This document shows, piece after piece, positions 31,028 to 42,193 of a stretch of 64,000 nt of DNA. The notes beneath the pieces were generated by a model. The model had not been told where the DNA came from, did no database searches, and saw nothing but the letters and a program-made list of their open reading frames with translations. Origin of the DNA: an uncultured Actinomycetota bacterium (lineage in GTDB: Bacteria > Actinomycetota > UBA4738); the NCBI GenBank assembly GCA_963770955.1, contig CAVYRK010000002.1:485381-549380 (forward strand), given 5' to 3'. Position numbers and translations under genes: made by a program. How positions within the stretch are numbered: position 1 is the stretch's first letter; the number at the start of each line of letters is the position of its first letter.

Positions 31028-32614
31028 GTGCCGCTACCGTGCGGCGCTGTGTACGGACGCGTGTTCTCGGTCGCGGTGCTCGGCATCCGCGGACGTGTCG
31101 TGTCGGTCGAGGCCCACGTGGGGCGCGGCCTGCCGGCGCTCGTCGTCACCGGTCTGCCCGGCGCCGGCGTGCAGGACGCGCGCGAGCGCGTTCGGCCGGC
31201 GGTTGAATCGTGCGGCCTGACGTGGCCGCTCCGCCGCGTGGTCGTGAACCTGGCGCCGGCGAACGTGCGGAAGGAGGGCTCCGGGTTCGACCTGCCCCTG
31301 GCCCTGGGCGTGCTCGCGGCCTCCGCCCAGGTGCCCGTCGACCGCCTGGATCGGCTGGCGTTCTGCGGCGAGCTGTCGCTGAAGGGCGAGCTGATCGCGA
31401 CCCCGGGTGTGCTGGCGGTGGCGATGGCCGCCGCCGAGGCCGGGCTCGAGGGCGTCGTCGTGCCGCTTGCGAACCGCGAGGAGGCCGAGCTGGTGGAGGG
31501 GCTCCGTGTCGTGGCCGCTCCGTCCCTGTCCGCGGCGGTCGGATATCTCCGCGGGTCCTGGCAGCCGGACGACGAGGCGGCTGCCGCCGCGCCGGCCGCG
31601 GCCGGTACCGAGGCCGCCTCCGATCGGGATCGTGTCGACCTGGTGGAGGTCCGCGGGCAGGCGGTCGCGAGGCGCGCGCTGGAGATCGCCGCGGCCGGCG
31701 GACACAACGCCCTGCTGGTCGGGCCGCCCGGCGCGGGCAAGACGATGCTCGCGCGCAGGCTGCCGACGATCCTGCCGGCCATGACCCGCCGGGAGGCGCT
31801 GGAGGTGACGCGCCTGCACTCGGTGGCCGGCGTTCTGCAGGGCGGCCTGGTGGCGGCCAGGCCGTTCCGCATGCCGCACCACACCGTGTCACCGGCGGCC
31901 CTGTTGGGGGGCGGCACCGGCCTGGCGCGCCCTGGTGAGGTTTCGCTCGCGACGCACGGCGTGTTGTTCCTCGACGAGCTCACGGAGTTCCGGCGCGACG
32001 CCGTGGAGGGGTTGCGCCAGCCGCTCGAGGACGGTCACGTGGTGATCGCGCGCAGCAGCGGCGTGGTCGAGTTCCCCGCGCGATTCACGCTCGTCGCCGC
32101 CTCCAACCCGTGCCCGTGCGGGTTCGAAGGTGACCGGCGACGGCGGTGCACGTGTCTGCCGAACCGGATCATGCAGTACCGCCAGCGCCTGTCCGGTCCA
32201 CTGCTCGACCGCATCGACATCCAGCTGTTCGTTCCGCGTCTGACGCGAGCCGAGCTGATGGGCGGCGAGACGGGGGAGCGGTCGGAAGCCGTGCGCGAGC
32301 GCGTCGAGGCGGCGCGCGCACGGCAGCGCGCGCGATTGGCGAGGACGCGATGGACGTGCAACGCGCAGATGCCGGGCGCGATGGCTCGCCGGCGCGCGCA
32401 CCTCACGGACGGTGCGACCGACCTGCTCGCGGCCGCCGTCGACAGCCTTGCGCTGTCGGGCCGCGGCTTCGACCGCGCGATCCGGGTCGCGCGGACGATC
32501 GCCGACATCGCGGGCGACGAGCGCGTGCAGACCGAGCACATGTCAGAGGCCCTGGGCTACCGCGTGCCGACCGGCGCCGACGTCGAGGATCGTCCGGCCG
32601 CGATCGGCGGATGA
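31028..32614 (+). CDS. comM: Mg-chelatase-like ATPase YifB/ComM
   Basis: ORF 31028..32614, intact. Lon-like N-domain, Walker A GPPGAGKTMLA, and GVLFLDELTEF. Confidence 0.9.
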   Translation: MPLPCGAVYGRVFSVAVLGIRGRVVSVEAHVGRGLPALVVTGLPGAGVQDARERVRPAVESCGLTWPLRRVVVNLAPANVRKEGSGFDLPLALGVLAASAQVPVDRLDRLAFCGELSLKGELIATPGVLAVAMAAAEAGLEGVVVPLANREEAELVEGLRVVAAPSLSAAVGYLRGSWQPDDEAAAAAPAAAGTEAASDRDRVDLVEVRGQAVARRALEIAAAGGHNALLVGPPGAGKTMLARRLPTILPAMTRREALEVTRLHSVAGVLQGGLVAARPFRMPHHTVSPAALLGGGTGLARPGEVSLATHGVLFLDELTEFRRDAVEGLRQPLEDGHVVIARSSGVVEFPARFTLVAASNPCPCGFEGDRRRRCTCLPNRIMQYRQRLSGPLLDRIDIQLFVPRLTRAELMGGETGERSEAVRERVEAARARQRARLARTRWTCNAQMPGAMARRRAHLTDGATDLLAAAVDSLALSGRGFDRAIRVARTIADIAGDERVQTEHMSEALGYRVPTGADVEDRPAAIGG

Positions 32615-33762
32615 GCATCGAGGAACGCCCCCGGCCGACGGAGTTCCCGAACCGGTTCGCGAGCGGAGACGCCAACCGCGCCGCCGTGGCAGTGCTGCTC
32701 GGCCTGTCCTCGGTGACGCCCCGCAAGCTCCTCGACCTGGCGGACCGTCATGGCACGGCCGAGGCCGTGCTGGCGGCCGTCCGGCGCGGACACGGCGCCA
32801 GCGAACGCGACCGCGAGCGTGCCCGCGAAGTCGACGGCGCGGCCGTCATCGCTGCGGCCGAAGCGTCCGGGGCGCGCTTCGTCGCGACGGGCGACGCCGA
32901 GTACGCGCCGACGCTCTGCCACCTGGCCGATCCGCCCGCCGCGGTGTTCGTGCGCGGCGCGGACCTTCGCTCCATGCCGGACCGTGTGTCCGTGGTCGGC
33001 GCGCGGAACGCGTCGCCGGACGGGTGCGAGGTCGCGATGGAGATCGGCCGCCGGCTGGGCGGCACGGGTGTCTGCGTGGTGAGCGGCGCCGCGCGCGGCA
33101 TCGATACGTGCGCGCACCGGGGCGCGCTGGCGGTGGGCGGCGCCACGGTCGCGGTGCTCGGCTCCGGGATCGACGTCGCGTACCCGCGCGCGAACGCGCC
33201 GCTCATCGATCGCATCGCGGACGGTGGCGCTGTGGTGAGCGAATATCCGCCGGGCACGCGGGCCGAGCCGTTCCGATTCCCGGCGCGGAACCGCATCGTC
33301 GCCGCGCTCGCTCGAGCCGTCGTCATCGTCGAGGGCGCAGCCGGCAGCGGCTCCATGATCACCGCCGATCACGCGATCGACCTCGGGCTGGATGTGTACG
33401 CGGTGCCCGGTCCGGTGACGAGCGAGCTGTCGCACGTTCCCCTCAAGCTGATCCGCGACGGCGCCGGGATGATCCGCGGCGCCGAGGACCTGCTCGAGGA
33501 CCTGGGCATCGCGCTCCCCGCGCCCGACGCCGCGCCGGGGGAGTGGGAGGCTGCAGTCGCGGCGCTCCCGGGGCTGACGGAGGACCAGCGGTCCGTGCTC
33601 GTTCACCTGCTGGCGCCCTCCACCGCGGAGCTGCTCGCCGACCGGGCAGGCATGGAGCTTCCGCGGGTGATGGCCGCAATGACCGTCCTCGAGATGCGCG
33701 GGCTCGTCCGCGCCCGTGGGGGGCGCTACGAGCGCCCGCTGGGGCCGGCCCGACCTCCCTGA
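32611..33762 (+). CDS. dprA: DNA-processing protein DprA
   Basis: ATG 32611 overlaps the comM stop (ATGA). VSGAARGIDTCAHRGAL...FPARNRIVAAL Rossmann-like core. Confidence 0.9.
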   Translation: MSIEERPRPTEFPNRFASGDANRAAVAVLLGLSSVTPRKLLDLADRHGTAEAVLAAVRRGHGASERDRERAREVDGAAVIAAAEASGARFVATGDAEYAPTLCHLADPPAAVFVRGADLRSMPDRVSVVGARNASPDGCEVAMEIGRRLGGTGVCVVSGAARGIDTCAHRGALAVGGATVAVLGSGIDVAYPRANAPLIDRIADGGAVVSEYPPGTRAEPFRFPARNRIVAALARAVVIVEGAAGSGSMITADHAIDLGLDVYAVPGPVTSELSHVPLKLIRDGAGMIRGAEDLLEDLGIALPAPDAAPGEWEAAVAALPGLTEDQRSVLVHLLAPSTAELLADRAGMELPRVMAAMTVLEMRGLVRARGGRYERPLGPARPP

Positions 33763-33880
33763 TCCTGAGCCGGGGGTGTGCTAGAAGTCCTACCGTCGGT
33801 CTGGATCGGCCCACACGGGAGGTTCCCCCACGCGCTCCCAGGAAGACCCCGGTCGCGGCACGTCCACCGAGGACGATGCC

Positions 33881-34759
33881 GTGGTCCGCGCATTCGAAGA
33901 CCACCTGCTGCTGGGCCGCCGCCTGTCCGAGCACACCGTCCGGGCCTACGGACGGGACGTGCGATCGCTGGCCGAATTCCTCGGCAGGGCCGGGAACGCG
34001 CTGGGGGAGGCTACCCATGCCGACCTGCGGCGATGGCTCGCCAACCTGACCACGCTGGGCTATGCGCGGAGCACGATCGCGCGCCGGGCGGCCGCCGTCC
34101 GCACCTTCTACGCCTGGGCGTCGGGACGCGGGCTGGTCCCCGGCAACCCCGCCGCTCTGCTCGGCTCGCCGAAGCCGGTGAACCGCCTCCCGGCCGTCCT
34201 CAGCCGGTCCGAGGCCGAGGAGCTCGCGTCCGCCCCGGCCGGTTCGGACCCCCTGGCCCTCCGCGACCGGGCCGTCCTCGAACTGCTGTACGGATGCGGA
34301 TTGCGAGTTGCTGAGCTCTGTGGACTCAACACCGGGGACATCGAGGTCGATGTGCAGAGAGTGCGTGTGCTCGGGAAGGGCGGCAAGGAGCGCCAGGTCC
34401 CCGTCGGCGACTTCGCCGCCGAGGCCCTGAAGCACTATTTGGATACCGGCCGGCGCCCCATGGCGCCACGAGAGGGAGAGGATCCGGCCCTGTTCTTCAA
34501 CAGACGCCGCAAGCGGCTCGGCCCCCGCGACGTGCGCGCCCTGCTCCAGCGCTACCGGCAGGGCGACCTGGACGGGCGCCGCCTGTCACCCCACACGCTG
34601 CGCCATTCCTTCGCCACGCACCTCCTGGAGGGTGGGGCCGAGATCCGTGTGGTGCAGGAGTTGCTGGGCCACAGCTCCCTGGCGACAACGCAGCGCTACA
34701 CGCATGTCTCAAGGCGTAGGCTGTTCGATGCGTACCGCTCCAGTCACCCCCGAGCCTGA
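33881..34759 (+). CDS. xerC: Tyrosine recombinase XerC
   Basis: ORF 33881..34759, intact. RD...[44 protein letters not shown]. Core synteny after dprA. Confidence 0.9.
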   Translation: MVRAFEDHLLLGRRLSEHTVRAYGRDVRSLAEFLGRAGNALGEATHADLRRWLANLTTLGYARSTIARRAAAVRTFYAWASGRGLVPGNPAALLGSPKPVNRLPAVLSRSEAEELASAPAGSDPLALRDRAVLELLYGCGLRVAELCGLNTGDIEVDVQRVRVLGKGGKERQVPVGDFAAEALKHYLDTGRRPMAPREGEDPALFFNRRRKRLGPRDVRALLQRYRQGDLDGRRLSPHTLRHSFATHLLEGGAEIRVVQELLGHSSLATTQRYTHVSRRRLFDAYRSSHPRA

Positions 34760-34763
34760 GCCC

Positions 34764-35766
34764 ATGCCCAGACAATCCTCCCCCAAGACCAAGGAGAAGG
34801 CGACCGCCTCCAACGCGTCGCGCTCCAGCACGGGCCTCGCCGACCGGAAGCAGCCGGCGAAGAAGACCGTCTCCCGGAAGAGCACCAGCGCGGTCGCGAC
34901 CAAGCCGCGGACGGGCCTGGCGGCGAGCAAGGGCCGCGGGCGCGCCGACGGAGCGGGCCGGCGGACACCTGTGCCGGGGACTCCGCCGGCGGGCGTACCG
35001 GAAGAGCTCCTCAGGTATCTGGGCGAACTTCAAGAGCACTGGTTCGGGCGAGGCGCGCGAGTTGCTGATCCTTCACTACGCGCCGCTCGTCAAGTACGTC
35101 GCGAGCCGTGTCGCCACCGGCCTACCGGCGAGCGTGGAGCAGGCCGACCTGGTGTCCTACGGCATGTTCGGTCTCATCGACGCGCTGGAGAAGTTCGAGC
35201 TCGATCGCGGCATCAAGTTCGAGACGTACGCGATCCCACGTATCCGCGGCGCGATCATCGACGAGCTCCGCTCGCTCGACTGGGTCCCGCGGTCGGTGCG
35301 CTTCAAGCACCGCGAGTTCGAGAAGGCGTACGCGGAGGTCGAGTCGCGGCTGAAGCGCGCGCCGACCGACCGCGAGATCGCCGAGCACCTCGGCATCAGC
35401 CTCGGCGAGCTGCACGACATCGTGACGCAGATCTCGTCGGTGTCGATCCTGGCACTGGACGAGCCCGTCTCCGTCGGCTCCGATCGCGGCGAGACCATCT
35501 CCCTGATGGACACGCTGACCGACGTCGCGCACGGCGACCTGATCGAGGGACTCGAGGGCGACGAGATGCGCGCCATGCTGTCCGCGGCGATCAATCAGCT
35601 GTCCGACCGCGAGAAGATCGTCGTCACCCTCTACTACTTCGAGGGCCTGACCCTGTCCGAGATCGGCGACGTCCTCGGTGTCACCGAGTCCCGGGTCTGC
35701 CAGATCCACACGAAGGCCGTCGGCCAGCTGCGGATCCGTCTCACCGACACCTCGGAAGACGACTAG
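34764..35766 (+). pseudogene. whiG: FliA/WhiG-family RNA polymerase sigma factor with ~95-aa Lys/Ser/Thr/Ala-rich N-terminal extension; one +1 break at ~35046-35049
   Basis: ATG 34764 lies 5 nt after the xerC stop (ORF 34632 frame). After WFG the frame moves to ORF 35062..35766 (LILHYAPLVKYVA..., region 2 IDALEKFE, region 4 LSEIGDVLGVTESRVCQIH). The position matches the whiG locus of Streptomyces-type synteny. Confidence 0.82.
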
Positions 35767-35917
35767 CTCGTCCGCCCCGGCGGTCGGTTCCGCACCGGGC
35801 CGGGCCCGATTCCCCGATTTCTTGCCGAAGTGTGCGCTGCGTCATGGCACGTTCCGGCCGCGTGGGGTAGCGTTCGCGTTCGCTGACCTCCGGGCGGTGG
35901 CCGGAAAGGAAGTGCAC

Positions 35918-36511
35918 ATGCCGTCCCGGAGAACCATCCTGGTCGGGATCGTCCTGGCCGCGCTGCTGTCCGTTCCCCGTGTCACGGCCGCCGCGTCGTC
36001 CGCGCCATCGCTCGCGGCCGCCCGGCTCGCGCCGCCCGCGGCCCGGTGGTCATCGGGCGCGAACCCATTCGATCCCGCCTATCACACGTACTCGTGGCCG
36101 TTGATCGGCCGCATCATCAACGGCTACCGCGCGCCCGGCTCGCCCTACGGCAGGGGTCATCGGGGCATCGACATCGCGGCGCCGGTCGGCACGGCAGTCA
36201 AGGCGTCCGCGCCGGGCGTGGTCGCGTTCGCGGGATCGGTCGCGGGCGCGCTGTGGGTCTCGATCGATCACCCCGACGGCGTGCGCACGTCCTACGGCTA
36301 CCTGTCGTCGACCGTCGTGGCCAAGGGAGACCTCGTGACCCGGGGACAGGTCATCGCGGCGTCGGGGCTCGGCCATCCCGGAGCGCCGATCCCACACCTG
36401 CACTTCGGCGCGCGGTTCGGCGGCGCCTACATCGACCCCATGCTCCTGCTGGTGCCGCTCGACTTCAGCCCGCTGATCCATCTGGGCCCCTTGCCCGGCA
36501 CCCCGGCCTGA
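35918..36511 (+). CDS. Secreted M23-family metallopeptidase
   Basis: ATG 35918 behind GGAAAGGAAG. Signal peptide. HRGIDIAAPVGTAV...HLHFG LytM-type motifs. Confidence 0.85.
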   Translation: MPSRRTILVGIVLAALLSVPRVTAAASSAPSLAAARLAPPAARWSSGANPFDPAYHTYSWPLIGRIINGYRAPGSPYGRGHRGIDIAAPVGTAVKASAPGVVAFAGSVAGALWVSIDHPDGVRTSYGYLSSTVVAKGDLVTRGQVIAASGLGHPGAPIPHLHFGARFGGAYIDPMLLLVPLDFSPLIHLGPLPGTPA

Positions 36512-36569
36512 GCGGCCTCGGGCCCGTGAACCAACCGACGGACGATGGCCGGCGCACGGCCCATACAAT

Positions 36570-37949
36570 GTGCGGGCCTTGCGTCGCCGACCCGAGTCCC
36601 GCACATCCCCCTCCGTCCGCCTGTGGCCGGCGATCGCGCTCTGCGCGGCGTTCGTGCTGGGCGCCGGCCCGGGGTCCGCCGCTCTCGCGCAATCCAGGGA
36701 CTGGACCGCGTTCCAGGGCAGCCCCGAGCGGACGGGGACCGCGCCTGGGGCCCCATCGCCCCCCCTGGCGGTCGCCTGGGCGTATCCGACGAAGTCTCCG
36801 GCGACGTCGTCGCCGGCGGTCGTCGGTGGGGCGGCCATCTTCGAGACCCAGGCCGAGGTCGTCGCAGTGGACGCGGCCACCGGGCGGCGGCTCTGGTCGC
36901 TCCCGCGCCTCCCCGGCCCGGTGGCGCCCGTGGCAGTCGACCCGTCCACGAACGGCGGCATGCTGGTCTACACGGAGGGCGGCCTCAGCGGCACCGCCGG
37001 CGGCACCGCAGACGTCGCCGCCGTGTCCCTGACCGACCGGAGCCTGCTGTGGGCGTTCAGCCTCCCGCGCGTCTCGCGTGGCGGGCCGACCATCGCCGAC
37101 GGCCGGGTCTTCGTCGGCACCGACGGCGGGATCGTCTACGCGATCGACGAGGCCGGCGGAGGGCAGGTGTGGGAGGCGGAGACCGATGGGCTGGTCGTCG
37201 GCCCGCTCGCGGCGTCCGGCGGCATGGTCTTCGGCGTCGCGGAGAGCGGCCACAGCGCCGCGAGCACGGTCTACGGATGGCACGCCGACACCGGCAAGGA
37301 GGCGTGGTCGTTCGCGCAGACGCGCGGCGTCATTGGCTCGTCCTCGCCGTCGGCCACCGGGGGCGTGGTCTACGTCGGGATGGGCGACAGCACCGTGCGC
37401 GCCTTCGATGCGTCGTCCGGCGACGTGCTCTGGTCCCGGGCGGTGTCGACCACGTTCACCCCCGGATCGGCTCCCGCCGTGGCCGGCGGGAGCGTGTTCG
37501 CCCTCACGGCCGGAGGGCACCTGTACGACCTCCGCGCCTCAGACGGGGCCCGGGTGTGGGACTACCTGTTCGACGCGAACTCGATCCGCTCGTCGGCGCT
37601 GGTCGCCTCGGACACCGTCTACGCCGGACTCGACGACGGGACGGTGGTCGCGGTCTCCATCGCCAGCGGCAACCTGGTGTGGACGTCGAAGCCGACCCCG
37701 GGGCTCGTCGGCGCCCTGGCGCCCGCCGGCGACCTGATCCTGGCGGCCCACGCCGGACGCAGCGGTCACCTCGAGGCGCTCCGGCACACGGAGGGAGCGC
37801 TGACCGACGTCGTCTCGCCCTCTCGGCTCAACGTCGGCATCGCCCTGCTGAACTTCGCGATCGCCGCCGCGGTCGTCGGCCTTCTCGCGGCCGGGTTCGC
37901 GGCGCTGGAGGCGAGGGTTCGCGCCCGCCGCGGCGGGGAGGCGGCATGA
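36570..37949 (+). CDS. PQQ-like beta-propeller repeat protein with signal peptide and C-terminal TM anchor
   Basis: ORF 36570..37949, intact. Repeated G.V(Y/F)..(T/D)..G.(V/L).A(L/I)D..(T/S)G..(L/V)W units. C-terminal IALLNFAIAAAVVGLLAAGFAAL. Confidence 0.75.
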   Translation: MRALRRRPESRTSPSVRLWPAIALCAAFVLGAGPGSAALAQSRDWTAFQGSPERTGTAPGAPSPPLAVAWAYPTKSPATSSPAVVGGAAIFETQAEVVAVDAATGRRLWSLPRLPGPVAPVAVDPSTNGGMLVYTEGGLSGTAGGTADVAAVSLTDRSLLWAFSLPRVSRGGPTIADGRVFVGTDGGIVYAIDEAGGGQVWEAETDGLVVGPLAASGGMVFGVAESGHSAASTVYGWHADTGKEAWSFAQTRGVIGSSSPSATGGVVYVGMGDSTVRAFDASSGDVLWSRAVSTTFTPGSAPAVAGGSVFALTAGGHLYDLRASDGARVWDYLFDANSIRSSALVASDTVYAGLDDGTVVAVSIASGNLVWTSKPTPGLVGALAPAGDLILAAHAGRSGHLEALRHTEGALTDVVSPSRLNVGIALLNFAIAAAVVGLLAAGFAALEARVRARRGGEAA

Positions 37950-38989
37950 GCAACAAGCGGAAGCGGACCTCCGGAAGCCGCAGCACCGGCTCACGATCCG
38001 GTTCAGGATCTCGGCCGGCGTCCGGCGGCAAGCGCACACTGGCCGACGGCAAGACCTCGTCTCGCGGCGGCTCGGTTCGCCGCGTCGATTCGAAGCAGCG
38101 CCGGTCGTCGGCGTCGTCCGGGCGGCGCCAGCGCCCGCCGCCGCGCGCCCGACTCGCTGCTCCCGAGGACGCGCCGTCGGCCGGCTACTCGCTCGCGCGC
38201 GGCCTCCTCACGACGCTGTCGTCCCCCGCGCTCGTCGTGCTCAGCTTCGCCACGGCGCTGCTGATCTGGGGCGTCCTGGCCGCGATCGGCTGGCCGCCGC
38301 AGCCGATCGTCATGAACGAGGCCCTGTCGCTCGCGCCCATCCACACGACGATCGACCTGTTCTTCCTCCTTGCCGTCGGGCCGACGCTCGGCGGCGTCGC
38401 GCCGGGGCTCATCGGGTTCGTGTTCCTGGTCCTGCTGCACACCGTGTTCGTGACGCTCGCGGTCTCGCTGTCGCTGAGCGCGCAAGATCACGTCGGGACG
38501 CGGGAAGCCATCGACACGGCCTGGGCACGGCTGCGGAGCCGGTTCCTCAGCGTCCTCATCGTCGAGCTGGGCTACATCTCGGTCAGCATCCTGATCGTCT
38601 TCCTGGTGCAGATCCTGGGGACGATCGCCTTCGTCATCGGCCTGATGGCGACGCTGTACTTCTCGGTGTTCGTGCCCCCGGCAGTGATCCTCGACGGGAT
38701 CGCGCCACGGGAGGCACTTCGGGCCTCCATGGCCCTGGCGCGCATGACCGGGACCAGGCAGGGCCTGTTGGTCGGCGGGTACGTGCTCTTCGTCCTGATC
38801 ATGTTCTTCAGCCCGGGCCGCGCCGGCGTGGCGACGCCGTCGATCCAGGTCTGGGCGTTCGCCCTCCTGGCCTGCCTCATCCATGTCGTGGCCCTCTCGA
38901 CGTTCGTGCACCGCTGGCGGGTGCTCTCGCCGGCGCTGTCGCCGGACTCGTCGTCCCGAGGCCGGCGGGACGACGACGGGCCCGAATAG
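37946..38989 (+). CDS. Polytopic membrane protein with Ser/Arg/Gly-rich N-terminal tail, unknown function
   Basis: ATG 37946 overlaps the propeller stop (ATGA). Tail of ORF 36545..38989. About 6 hydrophobic segments follow a ~90-aa low-complexity region. Confidence 0.65.
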   Translation: MSNKRKRTSGSRSTGSRSGSGSRPASGGKRTLADGKTSSRGGSVRRVDSKQRRSSASSGRRQRPPPRARLAAPEDAPSAGYSLARGLLTTLSSPALVVLSFATALLIWGVLAAIGWPPQPIVMNEALSLAPIHTTIDLFFLLAVGPTLGGVAPGLIGFVFLVLLHTVFVTLAVSLSLSAQDHVGTREAIDTAWARLRSRFLSVLIVELGYISVSILIVFLVQILGTIAFVIGLMATLYFSVFVPPAVILDGIAPREALRASMALARMTGTRQGLLVGGYVLFVLIMFFSPGRAGVATPSIQVWAFALLACLIHVVALSTFVHRWRVLSPALSPDSSSRGRRDDDGPE

Positions 38990-39131
38990 TCGCAAAAGGC
39001 CTGCTACACTGCCCGCTCGGCCTGCCATGCAGGTCAGAACACACGCTCGCCGACTCGGCGCGGGGTCCCCTCACGGGGCCGCACTCGGGGAAGAGGCGGG
39101 CGGAGGAGACAACCGAACAGGAGGGATTGCC

Positions 39132-40069
39132 TTGCCCGTCGTCACCAGACGGGAGCTGCTCGAAGCCGGCGTGCACTTCGGCCACCAGACACGACGGTGG
39201 AATCCGAAGATGCGGCGCTACATCTTCGGGGAGCGTTCCGGGATCTACATCATCGACCTCGAGAAGTCCCTGCAGGGCGTCGAGCGCGCCCACGCGTTCC
39301 TTCGGGACATCGGTCGCCGGCACGGCACCGTGCTCTTCGTCGGCACCAAGAAGCAGGCACAGGAGGTCGTTGCCGATCAGGCCAGGCGCGTCGGCATGCC
39401 GTTCGTGAACACGCGCTGGCTCGGTGGCATGCTCACGAACTTCCAGACGATCCACGACCGGCTGCGGCGCCTCAAGGAGCTTCGGGAGATGGATCGCGGC
39501 GGCGTCATGGAGTACCTGCCGAAGAAGGAGGCCCTGCGTCTCCGCCACGAGCAGGGGAAGCTCGAGCGCAACCTCTCGGGCATCATCGACATGGACCGTC
39601 TGCCGGACGCGCTGTTCGTGATCGACACGAAGAAGGAGCACATCGCGGTCACGGAGGCCCGGCGCCTGGGCATCCCGATCGTCGCGATCGTCGACACGAA
39701 CTGCGACCCGGACGAGGTCGACTACGTCATTCCCGGCAACGACGACGCCATCCGCTCGTGCACGCTGGTTGCGCGCGTCGTCGCCGACGCCGTCCAGGAG
39801 GGTCAGTACGAGGCGTATCAGGGGATGCAGGACAAGGTCGCCGAGCCGGAGATCGAGGAGGAGGAGGAGGCGCCCGTCGTCGCCGCGCCCGAGCCCCGTC
39901 CGGTGCGGCTCTCCGAGGACGAGGCGGCATGGATGGGCGAGAGCATCGACGAGTCCGAGGCGAAGCCGGACGACGAGGTGGTGGAGATCGAGGCCGAGCC
40001 CGCGCCGGCGGCGGACGGAGACGCGCCGGCGCCGGACGCGGCGGCGGTCGCCAAGGAAGGCAGCGAGCA

Positions 40070-40073
<4 letters not shown>
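39132..40073 (+). CDS. rpsB: 30S ribosomal protein S2 with acidic C-terminal tail
   Basis: TTG 39132 lies 7 nt after [26 protein letters not shown]...[23 protein letters not shown]. Confidence 0.92.
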
Positions 40074-41471
<1,398 letters not shown>

Positions 41472-41632
41472 CCAGCCGTTTTTCCGTCCTCGCGGGCCGG
41501 CCGGGGGAGCGGCGGCCCGAATGGCACTGGCCCCGGAGCGGGCCGAATGGGTAGGCTTCAGGTCGGCGGGCTGCTCCCGCCGGAGGGGAACGCCGCGCGA
41601 CGGGGGAAGCGCCGGCGAGGAGGCTCCCGGGA

Positions 41633-42193
41633 ATGACGGTCGAAGACACGTTGCAGGACGCCGATCAGAAGATGCGGGGGGCCGTTTCGGTCGCGCGCGA
41701 CGAGCTGGCCGGGCTCCGTACCGGCCGCGCGAACGCCAAGCTCCTCGACCGGATCTCGGTCGAGTACTACGGGACAAGGACGCCGCTCAACCAGCTGGCC
41801 TCGTTTTCGGTCCCCGAGCCCCGCATGCTGGTGATCCAGCCCTTCGACAAGACCGCCATGGGAGCGATGGAGAAGGCGATCATGTCCTCCGACCTCGGGC
41901 TGACGCCGTCGAACGACGGCAACGTGATCCGACTGTCGTTCCCCGCGCTCACGGAGGAGCGTCGCAAGGAGTTGATCCGCATCGCGCACGAGCGGGCCGA
42001 GGAGGCGCGCGTGGCCGTCCGGAACGTGCGGCGCCACGCGAAGGAGGCGCTCGAGCGGCTTGAGCACGACCACGAGATTTCGGAAGATGACCTGAAGCGA
42101 TCCGAGAAGGAGCTGCAGCGGCTCACGGACCACTTCGTGACCGAGGTCGACCAGGCTCTCGGCCACAAGGAGAAGGAGCTCGGGGAGGTCTAG
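41633..42193 (+). CDS. frr: Ribosome recycling factor
   Basis: ORF 41633..42193. LRTGRANAKLLDRISVEYYG...NLTEERRKELI-like pattern. Confidence 0.92.
   Translation: MTVEDTLQDADQKMRGAVSVARDELAGLRTGRANAKLLDRISVEYYGTRTPLNQLASFSVPEPRMLVIQPFDKTAMGAMEKAIMSSDLGLTPSNDGNVIRLSFPALTEERRKELIRIAHERAEEARVAVRNVRRHAKEALERLEHDHEISEDDLKRSEKELQRLTDHFVTEVDQALGHKEKELGEV

Noticed and set aside
31028-33762. comM plus dprA as a dedicated competence or DNA-uptake island
   Set aside because: The yraN-comM-dprA-xerC run is a widely conserved housekeeping arrangement in actinobacteria. No pilus or uptake genes are present.
33881-34759. Tyrosine recombinase as a marker of an integrated mobile element or prophage
   Set aside because: The sequence and position (dprA-xerC-whiG...rpsB) match the chromosomal dimer-resolution recombinase XerC. 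No att-like repeats, phage genes or compositional shift flank it.
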